Positions 56,200 through 64,000 of a DNA stretch of 64,000 nucleotides are shown piece after piece (within the stretch, counting starts at the first letter, position 1; each line of letters opens with the position of its first letter). The stretch lies in assembly GCA_964573095.1 (NCBI GenBank), contig CAZNIK010000001.1:56507-120506 (forward strand). The letters run 5' to 3'. The notes under the pieces were generated by a model. It was not told where the DNA came from, did not search any database, and saw only the letters and a program-made list of their open reading frames with translations. The translations under genes were made by a program, and so were the position numbers. Source of the stretch: an uncultured Candidatus Saccharibacteria bacterium. GTDB taxonomy: Bacteria; Patescibacteriota; Saccharimonadia; Saccharimonadales; 2-12-FULL-41-12.

Positions 56200-57048
56200 A
56201 TGACTTCACCAAATCACGAAACTCTTAGTCAACCAAACACCTTTGGCGGCCCCGAGCCTTACGACATCGACAGAGGTTCTGAGCTCGCTATGCAGTCACT
56301 TGGTAGCCTTGGGCTATTGCCCAGCCTCAGTCTTGTTCGCAAGATTAGAGATGTCGAGGGGCAAATACGCTACAACCTGTGTGAGCTTAGTGTGGCACTT
56401 CAAAAAGATTCTGACGGTTTAGCTGCTCAAGTGATGCCGATGGTAGTTCCGCTAGTTTCACGCAAACTGCCTCTTTTTGGACAGAATGGCTTGGTCAACA
56501 GATTTGACGCGCAAAAAAGTGGCTATCAGTCGTATGCGACTACCGTTAATAGTCAAAAACTGGCGCACCTTTCTGCCGGTGAGCTAAATAGTCAAATGTC
56601 AAGGACGCCAATGTACGCTGCTGCCGCCGATAAAATCAAGGGGGTTGGTTACGAGACAGCTGCTCTTGTCGTTGGCGGAAAAGATGCTGGTCTGGTGCAC
56701 AAAGGAAAGTCACTTAGCGAACAACGAACGCTGGTGAGGCAAGCCCAGAGCGAGCACGCCTTGCGCACGCAGGCCGCAACTGCTCTTGGGGTGTTAAGTC
56801 TGCCGGCTTATATCATGGCCCAAACAATGGCCCGTGAATCGAATGCTCAATTTTTTGACCAAAATTCGACCAAAACCAGCTTTATACAATATCGAGGGAC
56901 TGCAAACTCAAACGGTAATTACCAAGTTCCAGTTGCGCACTTTAACTTTCCAAGCTTACTGCTGTCAGTAAAAGATGAGGGCGCTGATCCAGATGTCGGT
57001 GTTCGTTTGACGCTGTCAAAAATACGGACTAATCCATATTTTGAATAA
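56200..57048 (+). CDS. Hypothetical protein with CLec-like C-terminal motif
   Basis: Ends VPVAHF...L.L...DPDVGVRLTL. Confidence 0.72.
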   Translation: MTSPNHETLSQPNTFGGPEPYDIDRGSELAMQSLGSLGLLPSLSLVRKIRDVEGQIRYNLCELSVALQKDSDGLAAQVMPMVVPLVSRKLPLFGQNGLVNRFDAQKSGYQSYATTVNSQKLAHLSAGELNSQMSRTPMYAAAADKIKGVGYETAALVVGGKDAGLVHKGKSLSEQRTLVRQAQSEHALRTQAATALGVLSLPAYIMAQTMARESNAQFFDQNSTKTSFIQYRGTANSNGNYQVPVAHFNFPSLLLSVKDEGADPDVGVRLTLSKIRTNPYFE

Positions 57049-57199
57049 ACTTCCAGCCAAAGTATAGACCGGCAATACCTCCTGCGACACCAAGTAGCAA
57101 GGACCAGCCCGATAGCATGTTGCTATCTCCCCAGAGGGTTGGTGCGTAGCTTCCGACAAAGGTTCCGATACTCACAAAAACGATCAATAAGCCCTTCAT
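57029..57199 (-). CDS. 56-aa two-helix Gly-rich membrane protein, absent from the ORF track
   Basis: MKGLLIVFVSIGTFVGSYAPTLWGDSNMLSGWSLLLGVAGGIAGLYFGWKFIQNMD, 15 nt after the tgt stop. Confidence 0.75.
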   Translation of the reverse strand: MKGLLIVFVSIGTFVGSYAPTLWGDSNMLSGWSLLLGVAGGIAGLYFGWKFIQNMD

Positions 57200-57214
57200 A
57201 GTATTTAGGATACC

Positions 57215-59855
<2,641 letters not shown>

Positions 59856-59876
59856 CTACGTAATAAGTATAAGCAA

Positions 59877-60782
59877 CTACCGGGCTGCCAGCAATTCCTG
59901 TACGGCATCCCACATTTGCGGATAACCCTTTATTCGTAACCAGAACCACCACTCTAGTCCCCATAAATCAATTGGACTCATGCCGGTTTTTAGCGCGTAG
60001 CGTACATTACTTTTTAATATTTGCGGGTTCATAAACTCCAACTGCTGGTGTATGGGAATGCGTGTAATTTCTTGGTCGAGCCACGGTTCGGCCTGCAGCT
60101 CGTGTATGAACGGTCTAGAGCCGCAAAAAAGGTTGATTAACGACGCACGAAGTTGGTAAAACTGCGGCGGTCTATGCGACTGTACGTTTTTTCCGCGCTG
60201 CGTTGTGTGTCTGTAGAGTGACATGGCATATTGATCTGCCCTTGGTTTCCGGATAGGCAGGCCATAGCTATCCGAGAGCGTCATAATGACTCGATGATCT
60301 GGGTCGAGCCGCTTAACCAATTCAAGTTCTTTCGTGAGTCGTGTGCGGTCAAAATCTTGGTCAACGCAATACCCAAAGCGTTTCAGCAGTGCTTCATTTT
60401 CTAGCTGGTAGCTCTCCAGAGCGGGATGGTTTTTGTAGCGACTAACGGTTGCTTCGAGATATGAACAGAGTGCAGCCCTCCAATCATCCTTTGGCAATGT
60501 TCTCGCCCAATCGGGTAGATGACATTCGGGCCATCTGGGTTGACGCTTTCCGATACAGAGGCTTATCGATCCGCCGTAGCTGCCAATCAGCTCAAATTGC
60601 CAGTCAAGCTCAGAGAAATCATATCGACCTTGCTCTGCTTCGTGTATGTTCCAATAACTCATCAGCCGGAATCGACGAAAGCCGAGCTCTTGAAGGGCGG
60701 CTGTAAGGCTTTCTTGCTTTGGGACACCGAGCTCTTGAGCCCGATGTAGCGAAAAGCTGGTTCCCAAAATGGCGTTTGACAT
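59877..60782 (-). CDS. Clan GH-A glycoside hydrolase-like protein
   Basis: RLMSYWNIHE, YDFSELDW, PRWPECHLP, QLENE, ELQAEPW, LWGLEWW. Confidence 0.75.
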   Translation of the reverse strand: MSNAILGTSFSLHRAQELGVPKQESLTAALQELGFRRFRLMSYWNIHEAEQGRYDFSELDWQFELIGSYGGSISLCIGKRQPRWPECHLPDWARTLPKDDWRAALCSYLEATVSRYKNHPALESYQLENEALLKRFGYCVDQDFDRTRLTKELELVKRLDPDHRVIMTLSDSYGLPIRKPRADQYAMSLYRHTTQRGKNVQSHRPPQFYQLRASLINLFCGSRPFIHELQAEPWLDQEITRIPIHQQLEFMNPQILKSNVRYALKTGMSPIDLWGLEWWFWLRIKGYPQMWDAVQELLAAR

Positions 60783-60861
60783 ATCTACAGTGTACAGTTA
60801 AGAATCACTCTCGAATAACTCATAATTTTGGCCAAAACCCACTTTTGGTTATGATAATGAC

Positions 60862-61344
60862 ATGCCATACACAATTTCAGAAGAAAACGATAAGATCTTT
60901 AATTTCCTAAAAGTTCATCCTGTTGCTGCGGTAGCGACCGCCACCACTTCTGGGGTGCCCCATATTGCGTCTGTCTATGTTTCGGTTGATGATTCACTTA
61001 ATCTATATTTTATTACCAAAACAAACACTACCAAGGCAAAAAATATACTTTCTAACGCTAATGTTGCGTTGTCGATAACGGATGCATCGGCCCTCAAGAC
61101 GGTTCAAGTACTTGGTACGGCTCAGAAGATAGAGGACCCCAATCTCACGCACCAGATTCTGACAAAAGTAACAAGTATCGCCCACTCCACGGCGCAGGCC
61201 GATACGCCACCATTAAATAAATTAGCCGCTGGTGACTATATTGCGTTTGTCGTACACCCGAGCAGTATGCGGCTGGCTGAGTTTATTAAGCCACTTGCCT
61301 CTCAAAGCGAAGGGATATTTGACGAGGCTCAGCTGGGAAATTAA
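60862..61344 (+). CDS. Pyridoxamine 5'-phosphate oxidase-like FMN-binding protein
   Basis: ATATTSGVPH, LYFITKTNTTKAKNILSNANVAL. Confidence 0.85.
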   Translation: MPYTISEENDKIFNFLKVHPVAAVATATTSGVPHIASVYVSVDDSLNLYFITKTNTTKAKNILSNANVALSITDASALKTVQVLGTAQKIEDPNLTHQILTKVTSIAHSTAQADTPPLNKLAAGDYIAFVVHPSSMRLAEFIKPLASQSEGIFDEAQLGN

Positions 61345-61383
61345 TACTTATTTAAGCCAAGAATCTCGAGAATAATTTTCATC

Positions 61384-61414
61384 AAAAGCAAAAACAGACC
61401 CGAAGGCCTGTTTT
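61384..61414 (-). terminator. Intrinsic terminator
   Basis: AAAACAGGCC-UUCG-GGUCUGUUUU-UGCUUUU on the minus strand. Confidence 0.85.
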
Positions 61415-61456
61415 CTAAGTTAAGCGTTGTTAGCTTTCACCTCACACCTAACCTAC
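61384..61456 (-). ncRNA. Candidate ~70-nt sRNA
   Basis: TTGCAC-16 nt-TACTAT promoter (61489-61462), G-rich 5' region, cUUCGg terminator. Confidence 0.45.
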
Positions 61457-61506
61457 ACTTAATAGTACCGCAATTTTTTGAACGTGCAAGCCTCGGACGA
61501 CAGAAA

Positions 61507-61538
61507 TGTGTATAAGTTGTGGATATATTTGTGGAAAA
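61507..61538. promoter_or_regulatory. Three tandem DnaA-box-like 9-mers
   Basis: TGTGTATAA, TGTGGATAT, TGTGGAAAA. Confidence 0.5.
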
Positions 61539-61541
61539 AGC

Positions 61542-62027
61542 CTATCGCCTAATCTGGTCAACGCGCTCTTGAATTTTGCTAAGGGTTTTTTCTGGATCCT
61601 CAACCCCCATCAGTGTGATAGTTTCGGTCTTACCCAGACGGTCCATGTTAACAACAATATTACCGTAACCCATCTGACCACCGAAAAAAGATTGATCAAG
61701 CTCTACCGACGTGACGGAACTAATCGCATAATACTTTTTCTTGACGGCGCCGAGCATACGTCTTCTGACAATTATCGAATCGGCAGTTGCGCTATACGAT
61801 AGTTTCTTTTTGTTGCTGTGTATTATCAGCAACGCAGCAACTGTGAGCCCAATAATAATCCAGCGCGCCAGCCGGGTTAAGAAGCTGGTGTCGGCTCCCA
61901 CCAAGTTATCAAAGGCATTAAATAGCTGAGTTGCGAAGATCAGCAGAATAATACTAAAGGCAATTACAATGCCTGCTTGATACTGAGCGGGCTGGGTACT
62001 TCGTTTTATCTCTAGAGAATCGTCCAC
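61542..62027 (-). CDS. Bacterial PH-domain membrane protein
   Basis: Two TM helices then VELDQSFFGGQMGYGNIVV. Confidence 0.8.
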   Translation of the reverse strand: MDDSLEIKRSTQPAQYQAGIVIAFSIILLIFATQLFNAFDNLVGADTSFLTRLARWIIIGLTVAALLIIHSNKKKLSYSATADSIIVRRRMLGAVKKKYYAISSVTSVELDQSFFGGQMGYGNIVVNMDRLGKTETITLMGVEDPEKTLSKIQERVDQIRR

Positions 62028-62058
62028 GTTGAATAGATTATACCCTATCCCGAGAATA

Positions 62059-62259
62059 CTACTTGTGCCGTGGTTGGCTCAGTGTAGTTCGAGGGCTAAA
62101 ATTGGCGTGAGCATTTCGGACGGCTGGCGATGACTCCGCACCATGCTTTTTGCCCTCGCCAGAAATTGGTTGGGTCAACTTGGTGTGGTATCCCCGACTG
62201 CTCTTCTCTAAATCAATGAGGTGAGGTTTTTGTGCTTTGTTCCGCTTTTTGTGCGACAT
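62059..62259 (-). CDS. Small basic hypothetical protein
   Basis: AAGGAGG SD before ATG 62259. Confidence 0.6.
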   Translation of the reverse strand: MSHKKRNKAQKPHLIDLEKSSRGYHTKLTQPISGEGKKHGAESSPAVRNAHANFSPRTTLSQPRHK

Positions 62260-62663
62260 ATAAAATCCTCCTTGCACATTCTATTATGCGCCTTTGCGGT
62301 AGTGCATACAAGGTAAGCCGGGTATAAAGGAGTAGTTTATATTGGCAGAGCAATCATGTATGAGTGGTTATTCTTCAACTCCCCTGGAGAAAAAACAAGC
62401 TATGCAAAACTAGCTACTCTTCTTGCTCAAGAAATTGTGGGTTTGCAACGAAGGCATACTCTAAATAGCTGTCAACGAGATCGCCATAGCGCTGGAGGAA
62501 GGCAGTTTCTCTGCTTCGCGCCCAAAACACATCGGCAGCGCTCGTCGGCACCTCTTGCGCTTGGACTCAAAACAAATCATGTGTCAGCGAACTTTTCATA
62601 AACCTATAATAATAGTTTTCCAAACCAAGGTGTTAGGTTTATGATGAATTCATAAGATCGTGG

Positions 62664-63398
62664 TTATTGTTTTGGCACTAGTTTTTGTTCCAGCTCAATT
62701 AGATTGAGTATGTCTCTTTCGACAAGATATGTCTGGACATTTTTATCCCAGCCAGTTGCCACGAATATCCCAACAAGAATAAACATGATTCCGATTGTGA
62801 GCTGAAACCAGCCCTTCGGATTGCTTACCCATTTAATCTTTAGGAGTAGTTTTTGGCCAAGAAGCGCGATCGCCAGCAAGGAAGTTGCAACCCCAAGACA
62901 ATACATCACTAGGTAGAGAATGCCTTTTTGAGTATTCGCTGGCACTACCGTTGCAACAACCCAAGCGTATGTTGGACTACAGCTGCTAAAGACAGGACCT
63001 AAAGCAGCACCAGTTAGGACCGCAGACAAAGTTCGATTCTTTTTTTGAAAAGCCTGGGCGAGCAACTTCTGAGAACGGTGTTCTGTGCCGGTTCTTATAA
63101 TAATTTTTGCCCACAAGTCCGGGAAAATCATAAAAAAACCAAGTGCGATAATTAATATGCCAGCACCGATACTCCAAACTTTTGGATCAATACCCACAAA
63201 CACGGTGCTTATTTTGAGGAGTAATGTGAAGATGACTAGCGAAACGACAAGACTAGCCGTGATTATGTACGGTCGTCTTCTGTCTCTATCTCGGGCATCT
63301 AGACTTCCACCTAAGATAATTGGCAGCAGCGGGAGCACGCATGGAGCGAGCACAGTTAACAGTCCCGCAACGTACGACAGCAATGCGGTTACAGCCAT
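62664..63398 (-). CDS. ccdA: CcdA/DsbD-family transmembrane electron transporter
   Basis: AGLLTVLAPCVLPLLP, GPVFSSCSP. Confidence 0.9.
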   Translation of the reverse strand: MAVTALLSYVAGLLTVLAPCVLPLLPIILGGSLDARDRDRRRPYIITASLVVSLVIFTLLLKISTVFVGIDPKVWSIGAGILIIALGFFMIFPDLWAKIIIRTGTEHRSQKLLAQAFQKKNRTLSAVLTGAALGPVFSSCSPTYAWVVATVVPANTQKGILYLVMYCLGVATSLLAIALLGQKLLLKIKWVSNPKGWFQLTIGIMFILVGIFVATGWDKNVQTYLVERDILNLIELEQKLVPKQ

Positions 63399-63408
63399 AG
63401 GTAGTTGC

Positions 63409-63891
63409 CTATGATTTTATGCCACTTACGGCGTCAGAAAGTGATGTTGCTGACCACTGGGAAATCTCATTGCCCGCATCATCAACTTGCACAAAGGTGT
63501 ATTGTGTTGTCACTCCGTATTTCTTTCGAAGGTCTGGTGTGTTATCAAAGTCAGTCTTAATTATTAGAGTGTCGCTAGGAACGCTATCTGTACTTCTTGT
63601 GAGGTCCTTGTCGATTTTTTGGCAAATTGGGCACCAGCTGGCATGAAAAAAGTAAACTTTTTTGTAATTAGAGTATCGATTAGGGTCAGTGTTGTATGTC
63701 GCAAGCGTGATGTAGCGTGCATCAGTGTCATTATTGCTGGTCGTCGACGTGGAGGGCTGCTTATCTGTAGTGGTTGTCGCCGAGCTGTTAGCTGGGTCAC
63801 CACTTGAGTTATTTTGAGCATTTAGAAAAATTATTGCGGCAACCCCAATCGCCAGTATTGCCATTACTACCAAAACCAACCTTTTGTTCAT
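63409..63891 (-). CDS. Membrane-anchored thioredoxin
   Basis: FHASWCPIC, KKYGVTTQYT. Confidence 0.9.
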   Translation of the reverse strand: MNKRLVLVVMAILAIGVAAIIFLNAQNNSSGDPANSSATTTTDKQPSTSTTSNNDTDARYITLATYNTDPNRYSNYKKVYFFHASWCPICQKIDKDLTRSTDSVPSDTLIIKTDFDNTPDLRKKYGVTTQYTFVQVDDAGNEISQWSATSLSDAVSGIKS

Positions 63892-64000
63892 TATGTTTCA
63901 TTATACTTGATTTGTTGCAATCCCACGCGACAAGCTTGTCATGGTGCTTTAATTCCCCGCGTGTTTGGCTGCGCTTTCCTCTTGAGTCCAAAAATGTGAC

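Noticed and set aside
61507-61538. Replication origin
   Set aside because: Only three boxes, with no dnaA/dnaN and no extended unwinding element nearby
62356-62643. 81-aa ORF or frameshifted pseudogene
   Set aside because: No recognisable motif; a second frame looks protein-like but cannot be supported without a homology search

Overview
A 64-kb chromosomal segment whose gene content and style point to a Candidate Phyla Radiation bacterium, most likely Saccharibacteria/TM7 (inference from the minimal dcw cluster, sigma-r4/HARE-HTH protein, PEGA protein, sortase and pilin-like N-termini). The core genes are mraZ-rsmH-ftsL-ftsI-mraY-ftsW-murG-ftsQ, topA, dprA, pth, der, gltX, pyrH, xth and tgt, plus two HK/RR pairs, three tRNAs (Glu-CTC, Leu-CAA, Ser-GGA), umuDC and several transporters. 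An AT-rich defence-like cassette (EcoRI-family MTase, DUF262-HNH nuclease, AlbA_2 protein) follows tRNA-Glu. The most interesting signals are non-coding or below the ORF-track cutoff. (1) A leader-peptide attenuator (MSNAYYSFFWF...) that could sense Tyr, Phe and Trp together sits upstream of a lone DAHP synthase. (2) Two ~90-nt covarying hairpin elements are embedded in partial copies of tRNA-Glu on both sides of the intact gene. (3) A ~330-nt unannotated RNA has its own promoter, terminator and a kissing-loop pair. (4) A ~255-nt structured RNA lies between mraZ and rsmH, and a distant candidate sRNA is complementary to it. All assignments come from reading motifs by eye; no database search or folding program was run.
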